In this document: one piece after another, positions 27,440 through 36,388 of the stretch
Layout: every line of letters starts with the position of its first letter
Position numbering within the stretch: the stretch's first letter is position 1
Assembly: GCA_965216565.1 (NCBI GenBank)
Contig: OZ244170.1
Location: forward strand, 3,808,001 to 3,872,000
DNA length: 64,000 nucleotides
Direction: 5' to 3'
Source: Bythopirellula sp.
GTDB lineage: Bacteria; Planctomycetota; Planctomycetia; Pirellulales; Lacipirellulaceae
The notes under the pieces: generated by a model
Seen by the model: the letters and a program-made list of their open reading frames with translations, nothing else
Databases searched by the model: none
What the model was told of the DNA's origin: nothing
Position numbers and translations under genes: made by a program

Positions 27440-28672
27440 CTAAGAAAACAACTGCTCGCTGCCCTCAATCACCGGCACAACAACGATGCCGCTTTCGGTA
27501 ACGCGAAATCCCCGTTTGCGGTCCTGTTCTAGATCGACGCCTACCGTGGCCCCGTCGGGGATGTAGACGTCCTTATCGATAATCGCCCGCCGTATGATGG
27601 CCCCTTTGCCGACGTGCACGCCCTTAAACAGAATGGAATTGCTAACCTCGGCCCGCTCTTCAACACGAACCTTGGGGCCCAGAATACTGCCGGTCACTTT
27701 CCCCCCGGCGATGATGGTTCCCGTGGCGACTATGCTGTCGTGCGCTTCACCGCGGCGGCCCGAATCTTCGTCGAACACAAACTTCGGCGGCGGCAGATTC
27801 GGCTGATCCGTCCGCACTGGCCAGTGGTAGTCGTACATGTTCAGCAGCGGGTCGACGCCGGTAAGCTCTAAGTTGGCATCGTAATAGGCCTCAATCGTGC
27901 CCACATCCCGCCAGTAAGCATCTTCCTTGCTGTTTTCGTCTTGGAAGGGAAACGCCATCAGGCGATGCGTATCGATAATCGACGGAATGATGTTCCTGCC
28001 AAAGTCGTGAACGCTATCCGGCAACATCGCATCCTGGCAGAGCTGATCGAATAAGAAGGGGGCGTTGAATACATAGATGCCCATCGATGCCAGGCAGTTT
28101 TTATCGTCGCCCGGCATGGTTTTGGGTTCGGCGGGCTTTTCTTCAAACCCGATGATTCTGCCGGAGTCGTCGGTTTGCATCACACCAAACGATTTGGCTT
28201 CCTCCACACCCACCCGCAACGCAGCAATGGTCAGATCTGCCTCGTTCTCCTCGTGGAAGGCAATCATCTTGCTGTAATCCATCTTATAGATATGGTCGCC
28301 AGCGAGGATCACCACATGCTCGGGTCGTTCTTGCTCCAGCGTGTAAATGTTTTGATAAACCGCGTCGGCGGTGCCTTGGTACCACTGCTCGTCGATACGC
28401 TGCTGGGGCGGGAGGATGTCGATGAATTCTCCCAGCTCGCGGCACAGCAGATGTTTCCAGCCCGTGGAAACATGACGATCGAGACTCATCGCTTTGTATT
28501 GCGTGAGCACCAGGATCTTGCGAATACCACTATTCAGGCAATTGGAGAGCGTGAAATCGATAATCCGATACGTGCCGCCAAAGGGCACCGCGGGTTTGGC
28601 TCGATCTCGAGTGAGAGGCTCCAACCGCGAGCCTTTGCCTCCTGCCAACACAACTGCCAAAACGTCCTTCAT
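27440..28672 (-). CDS. glgC: Glucose-1-phosphate adenylyltransferase
   Basis: [53 protein letters not shown]. Confidence 0.97.
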   Translation of the reverse strand: MKDVLAVVLAGGKGSRLEPLTRDRAKPAVPFGGTYRIIDFTLSNCLNSGIRKILVLTQYKAMSLDRHVSTGWKHLLCRELGEFIDILPPQQRIDEQWYQGTADAVYQNIYTLEQERPEHVVILAGDHIYKMDYSKMIAFHEENEADLTIAALRVGVEEAKSFGVMQTDDSGRIIGFEEKPAEPKTMPGDDKNCLASMGIYVFNAPFLFDQLCQDAMLPDSVHDFGRNIIPSIIDTHRLMAFPFQDENSKEDAYWRDVGTIEAYYDANLELTGVDPLLNMYDYHWPVRTDQPNLPPPKFVFDEDSGRRGEAHDSIVATGTIIAGGKVTGSILGPKVRVEERAEVSNSILFKGVHVGKGAIIRRAIIDKDVYIPDGATVGVDLEQDRKRGFRVTESGIVVVPVIEGSEQLFS

Positions 28673-28734
28673 GAGAATCCTTTCCTAGGCTCGCTAACGC
28701 TGAGAGTATCGCTGATTCTAGTGGACTACCGATT

Positions 28735-29838
28735 TCAGAGCAATTCTCGGTAAGAATCTCGATAACCCTCGATCATTTGAGGGGTAGAAAACCGGCGCTC
28801 GGCATCCACTGCCGCCGCATTTCCGATTTGCCTGGCAAGATCTGGGTCTTCTAGCAAGCGTAACGTATAGCGGGCAAACATCGCCCGACTCCTGGCCGCC
28901 GCCAAGAATCCTGTCTTTCCGGCCTCGATTAAAGTGCGATTCACAGGCACATCCGATGCCACCACCGGTACGCCCGCCGCCATGGATTCCATAACCGCGA
29001 CCGATCGCGTCGCTTCCTCACCCGTATGCCACACAACATCGGCATGCGACAAGTAAGCCGGCATATCCTCGCAATATCCCAAAAACTTCACGACGGCTGG
29101 TTCGCTAACCAGCCGCGCATATCGCTCCAATCGCTGGCGTTCTGGTCCGTCGCCCAAGATCAGCATGACCGCGTTTTCGTGGAGCGTCCGCACCAGCTCG
29201 AAATGCCAGATGGCCTCGTCCAGCCGTTTGCTCCGTACGAGCGGGCCCACAACGACAATCAAATTGGCATTCACCGGCAAACGGCGTGTGCTGAGGAAAT
29301 TCTCTCGACCGTGGCGATGCGACGAATCCACCGACACCCCAGGTGGCACAATCCGCAGCTGCGACGAATCGACAGACATCCGCTGATAGTCCTGCGAGAG
29401 CTCCTCCGAAGGCACCACAATGTGATCAAACGCCCGTAGATACTTGGTCCTACGGGGCGGCGGTACGGATAGCGAAGCAACGAGTCGGGCCCCGCGCGCC
29501 GCTCGCCTGGCAAAGGTAATATTCCTGGCAGCATCCAGATCCCAAACGTGCACTAGGTCGGGTCGCGTTTGTTTGATGAATTCCGCAAGCCGCCAAGACG
29601 CAAACGGATCGAACCGCCAGCGACGTTCGAAATGGTGGCATGGGATTCCGCTAGACCGCCAGCTATCGAGAATGGAAGGCCGTGCGCGAAGAGCAGCGAT
29701 TTCTACCCGCTGCCCAACAGCCCTTTGATCGGCCGCCAATAATCGGAGCTGGCTCGAGGTGGCATAGCCATCCAGCTCGGAGATCACATGCACGATGGTT
29801 TGTTTGTCGGCCATACTGGGAGTCGTTACGTCTGTCAC
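28735..29838 (-). CDS. Glycosyltransferase family 4
   Basis: GT-B features: KRLD, GDGPERQRLE, VMESMAAGVPVVASD. Confidence 0.88.
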   Translation of the reverse strand: MTDVTTPSMADKQTIVHVISELDGYATSSQLRLLAADQRAVGQRVEIAALRARPSILDSWRSSGIPCHHFERRWRFDPFASWRLAEFIKQTRPDLVHVWDLDAARNITFARRAARGARLVASLSVPPPRRTKYLRAFDHIVVPSEELSQDYQRMSVDSSQLRIVPPGVSVDSSHRHGRENFLSTRRLPVNANLIVVVGPLVRSKRLDEAIWHFELVRTLHENAVMLILGDGPERQRLERYARLVSEPAVVKFLGYCEDMPAYLSHADVVWHTGEEATRSVAVMESMAAGVPVVASDVPVNRTLIEAGKTGFLAAARSRAMFARYTLRLLEDPDLARQIGNAAAVDAERRFSTPQMIEGYRDSYRELL

Positions 29839-30034
29839 ATAAACAAGGGGTCACAGGCAATGGCCCGAACTGAGTTTTCTAGATTGGCTTTCTACGTTGG
29901 AAGACTATTTTACTCGGTAGCAAGTGGACAGATAGGTATGCCGCCTGACATACTTTTCCAGAGGAACGAAGACGCCAACGACTGAAACTTGGTCGAAGGC
30001 AAAAGCACCCCACCTATCCGAGGAAAGTCGTCAC

Positions 30035-30787
30035 GTGTCTAGCGAAACAGGGATCTGGACTGAAAGCGAGGTAGCCGGGCACACCTGCCACTTATTTCAG
30101 CCCAACAGCCCCTCGCCGCATGGCTATACGGTGCTCTACCTGCAGGGGCTTCGCTCGGGTCGTTTGAAATACCAGACGGGCATTGTCGATCAAATGGCCA
30201 ATCAAGGCTTAAGGATTATCGAACCCGAGGGCGACTTTAGTTGGTGGGTCGATCGCATCAGTCCGCGGTTCGATGCGGAGCTTTCTGGGGAACGCTACAT
30301 CGTCGATCACATTGTGCCATTCTTGGAATCGCACTGGCAGTGTAAGCCGCCTCAAATCGCATTGTTGGGCCCCAGCATGGGCGGACAAGGGGCTTTGCGG
30401 ATGGCGTATAAGTATCCCAACATTTTCCCCATTACGGTGGGAGTCTATCCGTCGATCGATTTCCAAAAAAAGATCGAGGAAGGCGACAAGAATCTTTCCG
30501 CCATGTACGACGATGCCGAAGCAGCGCGGCAAGATACCGCTACGCTCCACATTCATCCGCTCAATTGGCCACGGCATCAGTTCTTCTGCTGTGACCCGGC
30601 TGACGTTCGCTGGCACGAATCCGCAGATCGGCTGCACATGAAGCTCTACTCGCTCGGCGTTCCGCATCAACTCGATTTAGAGACCACAGCCGGGGGCCAC
30701 ACCTGGCAATACTTCGAGCACATGATGCCCAAGATCACAGAATTCCTTATGGAAGCGTTTGAGAGCGAACGGTTGCGAGTGGTTTAG
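30035..30787 (+). CDS. Alpha/beta hydrolase (putative esterase)
   Basis: GPSMGG nucleophile elbow, Asp near CDPAD, GGHTW. Confidence 0.88.
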   Translation: MSSETGIWTESEVAGHTCHLFQPNSPSPHGYTVLYLQGLRSGRLKYQTGIVDQMANQGLRIIEPEGDFSWWVDRISPRFDAELSGERYIVDHIVPFLESHWQCKPPQIALLGPSMGGQGALRMAYKYPNIFPITVGVYPSIDFQKKIEEGDKNLSAMYDDAEAARQDTATLHIHPLNWPRHQFFCCDPADVRWHESADRLHMKLYSLGVPHQLDLETTAGGHTWQYFEHMMPKITEFLMEAFESERLRVV

Positions 30788-30863
30788 TGCAACTACCTAA
30801 TGACAGCAAACGCTAGTGGAAATTCCTTTGACACCAACTATGCAGAGGTGGCAGAATGGAAGT

Positions 30864-31133
30864 ATGAGAAACATTCCAATTTCAGACGATGGCTACGAAA
30901 AGTTGACAGCGGCGGCTTTAGCTGCTGGCTTTGCAGATGTTTCTGCCTTTATTCACGCAATGGTTGGCGAGCAAATCTTAGACCCTCGCGAGCCGATGCG
31001 AGACGACGAACTAGCCGAGAGCCTATCTGAATGCGATCAGGCAATAGCTGACTTTGAGGGGGGAGCCGGCAACGATGCCGAACAGGCCATTCGCGATATA
31101 GGGCGAAAGAGAGGCTTCGATCTAGGGGGATGA
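30864..31133 (+). CDS. Putative antitoxin (ParD-like)
   Basis: 89-aa acidic protein with RHH-like N-terminus; stop overlaps (ATGA) a ParE-like frame. Confidence 0.7.
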   Translation: MRNIPISDDGYEKLTAAALAAGFADVSAFIHAMVGEQILDPREPMRDDELAESLSECDQAIADFEGGAGNDAEQAIRDIGRKRGFDLGG

Positions 31134-31455
31134 ATACCGAGTCTTCATCCTCGAACAGTCGCTCCAACGACTCGAGCATATTCTTGATTACATCGCCTTA
31201 CATCATCAGGCTCCTCTGACAGCCGAAAAGTGGCTAAGGAAAGTTCTGGAGAAGATTCGCTCGCTGCGTCGCTTTCCACACCGATGCCCCTACGCTCCGG
31301 AAAATAGCTCTAGAAACTATGAAATCCGAATGTTGATCGTTGATCGATACTTGCTGCTATTCAATGTCGACGAAACGAATCGTGTTGTGCGAATTCTCAC
31401 AATACGGCATGGCAGCCAACTAGAGAATGCTGATGATCTGCCAGAGGAAATATAG
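31130..31455 (+). pseudogene. RelE/ParE-family toxin, frameshifted at codon 2
   Basis: Open frame 31135-31455 reads YRVFILEQS..LEHILDYIA..APLTAEKWL..IRSLRRFPHRCPYAPE..IRMLIV..YLLLF..VVRILTIRHG; ATG 31130 is out of frame and an in-frame TAG lies at 31123. Confidence 0.8.
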
Positions 31456-31485
31456 AGCTAGTTTAGAGATCGGCAACCGCGTTGC

Positions 31486-34400
31486 TTAGCGAATAGCCGG
31501 CTGGCCGGGTCGTGCAGGAGGTTTTCTCAGGTCGATGTGGTTCCACTCGCCCTTGACGACCCCTTCCAGCTTCACTTCGCCCGTTTTTTGGATGTAAGTT
31601 AACTTGCGGGCGGCCTGTTCGGAGAATGGCGCACCGACAAATTCTTGATGAATCAATGAGGCGGGACGTGTGCCGTCTCCCTCAAGCACAAACATAGTTT
31701 TGTGTTGATCGTATTTCGCATACTCGGCACGTGCGGTGAATGTGCCGCGCTCGCCAGCGGGGCCTTCGATAGTCACATCGCCACTGGCCAAAAGTTCTAT
31801 CGCGTCCATGGCGGGCAGGCGTTGGGCACGTGCTGTGGGGCTTTGGTTCACGCCAATTCGATCGCTCGTAATCCAAATCGTATCTGGGCCCGGAGTACCG
31901 CTTAGGGATATAGCCAGCTTTTGCTCCCAAGAATCAACCGGCCCATAGACTGCCCGTGCATCGCCCACAACCTCCACACGGCGTTGATGCAAATTGCCCT
32001 GTACTCCCTGTCTGAATTGCACATTCAGGTAGCCAAGCTTCTGGCCCATCCCGCCAAAGTTGGAATTGGCTGACGGGGAGTTAGCCGCCGCAATCCTTTT
32101 CATGGGGCTGCCACCTTTGGTGAGGTGCACCGACTCAATTTCTCCCGGTCCATCACCTTCAATTTTGCCGGTTTGCTGATTTACTCGGATCGATTCAAGT
32201 TGCATCACTTGAGTCGACGTCAGACCAAATTGATCGCGTTCTTGGAACTGGGCATGGACGCCTTCCCAACATTCGATTTGCGCGATTTGGGTGCGTTGCT
32301 GGGTAGCGGCGCCATCAAACTTCACAGGACCTGCCAGTAAGGCAACCATTCGCTCGGTATCCAACACGCCATCGAGACTCTGGGCGCGTACTTTGCCGCG
32401 GAAAGTGATCTTTCCATCGATCAGTTCCATGTTCTCATGCCAAGCGATTGAGAAAGGCTGGGGGCTGGGAAGCGGATTGCCGCGGAAATCCTTGTCCAGA
32501 TGCATGTTCAATTGGCCGGGGGAATCGATCCACACATTGCTACTGCCCCGATTGAGGCGCAGCTTTTCTGCTTGGATCGACATCCCAGCGGCAGAAATAG
32601 TTGCGGGTTTGCCAACCAAGTCGATTTCTGCGTCTTGGGTATCGGCGTTCTTCACACTCAACGTTTGTGCCTGGACCAAGAGGGGTTCCGTCGTCGCATT
32701 GTTCTGGGCGGTCTCGCGGAATACGACATTGCCTTGCACGCCAATGTAGCTCACCTCCGGACGTCGCTCTCGCACCGTGAGGTAAACCTTTAGTTCATCG
32801 CCCACCACATGATAGGCTCGCGACTGTGCTTGTTGACGATTGCTGGCCAACATCGGCTGACCGCGGGAGTCCCTGCCGTCGGCCGTGCCCAGTTGCAAAC
32901 CACTTTCCTTATACTGCACATGGACGTCTAAAGAGTTTACCTTTCCGGCAAGCTGCGGAGATTCGATCCCCACCAGTCCCGTGGCAACGATATGTTCTGG
33001 CACGACGTCACCCGGTAGCAGCGAGTCTTCCGAACCGTCGATTTTTCGTTCTCGCAGGGTGACCTTCAAGTGATTGGCCCATAAGGTGCCTAGACCAAGC
33101 ATGTCGAATTTTGGGCGACCGCGAAGCGAAAGTACTGGTTTGCCGTTAATTCGCTGGAGACGCATTTCCTGGGTCCAGCGCACTTCGAGGGGTTCCGATT
33201 TTTCTTTCCCCGTCATCGCCAATATCCGTCCGTTACCGGCCGCCATTAATGTCCCGATCCGCTCGGGCGAATCTTTGGGCGGTGCCTGGTACCGAACCAT
33301 CGGTGCGTAAATTTCATTGCCGTCGTAGGACAGTATTACTTCGTCTTTGCTATCGAATGTGACGCGTCGCGAGTCGATCTCCAGACGCATACGATCGCAT
33401 CGGGCTGCAGCCTGCTGGGATGGAGCCTGTAGAACCACAGGCGATTTGTCGCTGCCCAGCGCTTCGATGGATCCGGGTCGAAGTTTGGATAAGTTGCTAG
33501 AACCCTTGCTCTCGCCGGAGTGGTGCATATCGGCCGGCTTGATCCGAGGTTGCTCGCCTGAGAAAAACAGATTCAATTCGTGGCAGAATAGCTGGTCACG
33601 AACCTCAGCGCTGTACTCTTGCACGACCTGCACTTGGTCTGTGAACGAAGCCATGTAGTTGGGGAAGTCGAACCGAAAACGTCCGCGGCTGGCGATCTTC
33701 ACGGGCGGCGCCTTACCGGAGGGAGCCTGTGCATTGTTCGGGAAAAAACTCATTTTGTTGGGAGTTAGCTGGGCCCGCACATCGTACAGGATCTCTAACG
33801 AATCGATGCCACCCAATTGCGGACCACCTGAACTAACCGGGGCACGTTCTACGGCAACTAAGCGAATTTCCATCACCCGCCCTCGCCCCCAATGCGGGCC
33901 AAGCTGCATCTCCACCTTGTCATCGGTGCGAATCATGTCTTCGTTGAGCGTGACATCACGTGTCGTAATGAGCAAATCGTCCTCAGGCCCTGGCTCGCGC
34001 ATGTCGCTGCGGACGACGATGTCGCCAATCAGCTTGCCCTGCTGAATACGTCCCATACCGCTAAGCCCAGGCAATCCCGGCGTATCCATTTGCAGGACCG
34101 CACCGTGGGGTGCCTCGAGCACAACCGCGTCCCGGGGAGCCGGTGCACCCTGCACACGTGGACGAGGGAAGAAAATCAGCACACATTTCTGCACGCGCAC
34201 CTTGCCATCGTTCCCAGGGTGATAGTCATCAAGCACGACCATCATCCGCTCGGTTTCAAACGTCTTGGGAGGATCTTGAAGCGTCCAGTGCCCTGCTGGA
34301 AAGTAGGCCGAGAGCAGGTCGCGATGCTTGTGCGTCGCTTTGCGCTCGACCCGCAACTGGTCGAGCTCTAGTTGCTGCTGGGCCTCTTTATTCTGCGCAC

Positions 34401-34497
34401 CAGGCTCGATGAACGGCACCGCAAAGATTACATAACTCTGGTACACCACCACCGTCAATGCAAAGGCAATCGCGGCGTGAGTGAGGCGAGTTAGCAT
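31486..34497 (-). CDS. Large membrane-anchored protein with LptC/LptA (OstA)-like beta-jellyroll repeats
   Basis: N-terminal TM; LptC-like LLITTRDVTLNEDMIRTDDKVEMQLG; LptA-like ELLASGDVTIEG..ARAEYAKYDQHKTMFVLEGD; follows kdsD-kdsC. Confidence 0.65.
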   Translation of the reverse strand: MLTRLTHAAIAFALTVVVYQSYVIFAVPFIEPGAQNKEAQQQLELDQLRVERKATHKHRDLLSAYFPAGHWTLQDPPKTFETERMMVVLDDYHPGNDGKVRVQKCVLIFFPRPRVQGAPAPRDAVVLEAPHGAVLQMDTPGLPGLSGMGRIQQGKLIGDIVVRSDMREPGPEDDLLITTRDVTLNEDMIRTDDKVEMQLGPHWGRGRVMEIRLVAVERAPVSSGGPQLGGIDSLEILYDVRAQLTPNKMSFFPNNAQAPSGKAPPVKIASRGRFRFDFPNYMASFTDQVQVVQEYSAEVRDQLFCHELNLFFSGEQPRIKPADMHHSGESKGSSNLSKLRPGSIEALGSDKSPVVLQAPSQQAAARCDRMRLEIDSRRVTFDSKDEVILSYDGNEIYAPMVRYQAPPKDSPERIGTLMAAGNGRILAMTGKEKSEPLEVRWTQEMRLQRINGKPVLSLRGRPKFDMLGLGTLWANHLKVTLRERKIDGSEDSLLPGDVVPEHIVATGLVGIESPQLAGKVNSLDVHVQYKESGLQLGTADGRDSRGQPMLASNRQQAQSRAYHVVGDELKVYLTVRERRPEVSYIGVQGNVVFRETAQNNATTEPLLVQAQTLSVKNADTQDAEIDLVGKPATISAAGMSIQAEKLRLNRGSSNVWIDSPGQLNMHLDKDFRGNPLPSPQPFSIAWHENMELIDGKITFRGKVRAQSLDGVLDTERMVALLAGPVKFDGAATQQRTQIAQIECWEGVHAQFQERDQFGLTSTQVMQLESIRVNQQTGKIEGDGPGEIESVHLTKGGSPMKRIAAANSPSANSNFGGMGQKLGYLNVQFRQGVQGNLHQRRVEVVGDARAVYGPVDSWEQKLAISLSGTPGPDTIWITSDRIGVNQSPTARAQRLPAMDAIELLASGDVTIEGPAGERGTFTARAEYAKYDQHKTMFVLEGDGTRPASLIHQEFVGAPFSEQAARKLTYIQKTGEVKLEGVVKGEWNHIDLRKPPARPGQPAIR

Positions 34498-34565
34498 GGA
34501 AAGCGGAACGGGGAAAGCGAAAAGCGGAAATACTCTGGCCGCAAGGCTTCAGCCGAGCGGAACGT

Positions 34566-35087
34566 TTACGCCGCGTATTTACGGAAGGCGGCATCCCAAC
34601 GGCTTGAGTTTTTGAGCATGAGCTCCACAATCTCGCGTATCGCTCCCTGCCCTCCAGTGGCGTTCGTGACGAAGTCGGCCGCCTGACGCACTTCTTCAGC
34701 GGCGTCTGCTACAGCAACGCCGAGGCCAACTTGCGAGATCGGTGCCAAATCGGGCAAGTCGTCGCCCACATAGCAAACACTTTGGGGGGGAATGCCCGTT
34801 TGTTCGCAAATTTCCTGCACAACCGGCCACTTGTCCTTGACGCCTTGCCGTAGAAGTTCAATATCGAGTTCCGCGGCTCGAAGCTTCACCACCTGCGAGC
34901 TACGTCCGGTAACAATGCCAAACTGCCCGCCGGCGTGCTGCCAAAGACGTACGCCCTGCCCATCGCGGATATGAAACTGCTTCGACTCAACACCCTGGTT
35001 ATCGATAGTTACCAGTCCATCGGTCAGCACACCGTCGACGTCGGAGAGTAGCAATTGGACGTGACTACATTTTTCGGCAAGGTTCAT
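34566..35087 (-). CDS. kdsC: KDO-8-phosphate phosphatase (HAD)
   Basis: DVDGVLTDG, FHIRDGQG, YVGDDLPD, GGQGAIRE. Confidence 0.95.
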   Translation of the reverse strand: MNLAEKCSHVQLLLSDVDGVLTDGLVTIDNQGVESKQFHIRDGQGVRLWQHAGGQFGIVTGRSSQVVKLRAAELDIELLRQGVKDKWPVVQEICEQTGIPPQSVCYVGDDLPDLAPISQVGLGVAVADAAEEVRQAADFVTNATGGQGAIREIVELMLKNSSRWDAAFRKYAA

Positions 35088-35092
35088 CGTAA

Positions 35093-35164
35093 TAGCCCTC
35101 GGCTCTGCCTTGGGATGGGGTTGGGAATTGACGTCGGAGAATCCCCCGGCAGAGCCGAGGGCTA
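35093..35164. repeat. REP doublet (REPIN-like), 72 bp
   Basis: Inverted 24-bp arms TAGCCCTCGGCTCTGCCTTGGGAT and ATCCCCCGGCAGAGCCGAGGGCTA. Confidence 0.8.
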
Positions 35165-35181
35165 ATTAGTTTTTTCAGTGG

Positions 35182-36276
35182 CTAGTCGGCGTACTCATCG
35201 ACGGGATAAATGCGGATGGTGGCAATGTTGTGCGGATCATCTTGTTCCGCCGGCGGCTCGGGCAAGAGGCTCACCACATCGGTCACATCGATCATGCCAA
35301 CCGGCAGACCTGTGCCATCCACGACCGGAAGCTCGCTAATCTTGCGCTCGGCTAAGATCTCCATGGCCGTTGCCATCGATTCGCCGGCCAACACGGTCGT
35401 TGGTTCGCTAGCCATGACTTCGCTTACGGGGCGATCCAGAGCTGTGTCGCTCCGGGTTTCAATCAAACGTGCCAAATCGCTATCGGTGAATAGTCCGATT
35501 AGCTGACCGTTGTCGCTCGTAAGCATAATCGCTCCCGTGCGTCGGCCAGGACGTGTGCAAGTGACGAGGATTTCCCGAATTGTTTGGCTGGCCCGAGCAA
35601 CCCGACACTCGCCCAGAATACGCATGTGATCTTCCACTCGGCTAAGTTTCAGTCCTAAGGAACCACCGGGATGGAAGCGTGCGAAATCTTCAGCGCCAAA
35701 ACCCTTCAGTCGACTAACGACCAGTGCTAGGGCGTCGCCTAGGGCGAGCATCACTGTGGTACTCGTGCTGGGCGCCAAACCCATCGAACAAGCTTCGTCC
35801 AGTTTACCTAGCGTCAGGTTAACCGCCGCGGCACGGCCCAATTTGCTTTGGGGATCTGCCGTGATGGCAATGATCGGTACCGACATCTCTTCGATCGACG
35901 GCAGCAGTTGAGTGACTTCGCTCGTTTCGCCACTTTGCGAGAGAACCAACACGACGTCATAGGGGTGGAGTCGACCAAGATCGCCATGGAAGGCTTCGGC
36001 GGGATGCATGAAGTGGGCCCGTGTGCCGGTGGAAGCGAACGTGGCGGCCAGCTTCTGGCCGATATGTCCGGCTTTGCCCATGCCGGTGACAATCAAGTTG
36101 CCATTTAGTCGGTAGAGGAGGTCGATTGCTTTGAAGAAGTTTAGATCGAGTTTGTCGACCAACTCGGTCAGAGCACGGGCTTCGGAGCCAATTATTTCTC
36201 GACCGAATCGTAAGACTTCTTCTGGATTGTGAAGCGCTGAAGTGAACGGCGCACGGCGGGCAGCATTGGGGGTCAT
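35182..36276 (-). CDS. kdsD: Arabinose-5-phosphate isomerase, KpsF/GutQ family (SIS + CBS)
   Basis: GMGKAGHIG, HPAEAFHGDLG, SQSGET, APSTSTT, FHPGGSLG, CBS pair. Confidence 0.95.
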   Translation of the reverse strand: MTPNAARRAPFTSALHNPEEVLRFGREIIGSEARALTELVDKLDLNFFKAIDLLYRLNGNLIVTGMGKAGHIGQKLAATFASTGTRAHFMHPAEAFHGDLGRLHPYDVVLVLSQSGETSEVTQLLPSIEEMSVPIIAITADPQSKLGRAAAVNLTLGKLDEACSMGLAPSTSTTVMLALGDALALVVSRLKGFGAEDFARFHPGGSLGLKLSRVEDHMRILGECRVARASQTIREILVTCTRPGRRTGAIMLTSDNGQLIGLFTDSDLARLIETRSDTALDRPVSEVMASEPTTVLAGESMATAMEILAERKISELPVVDGTGLPVGMIDVTDVVSLLPEPPAEQDDPHNIATIRIYPVDEYAD

Positions 36277-36388
36277 CGAATCGTCTTCCTTGACATCTCG
36301 ATTGGGGGAAATCTAAGGCCGCGAATTCTACGCGATAGCCCTAGCGACCACAACGCGAACGCTGCGGTGCTAGCACTATCTTGTCGGC

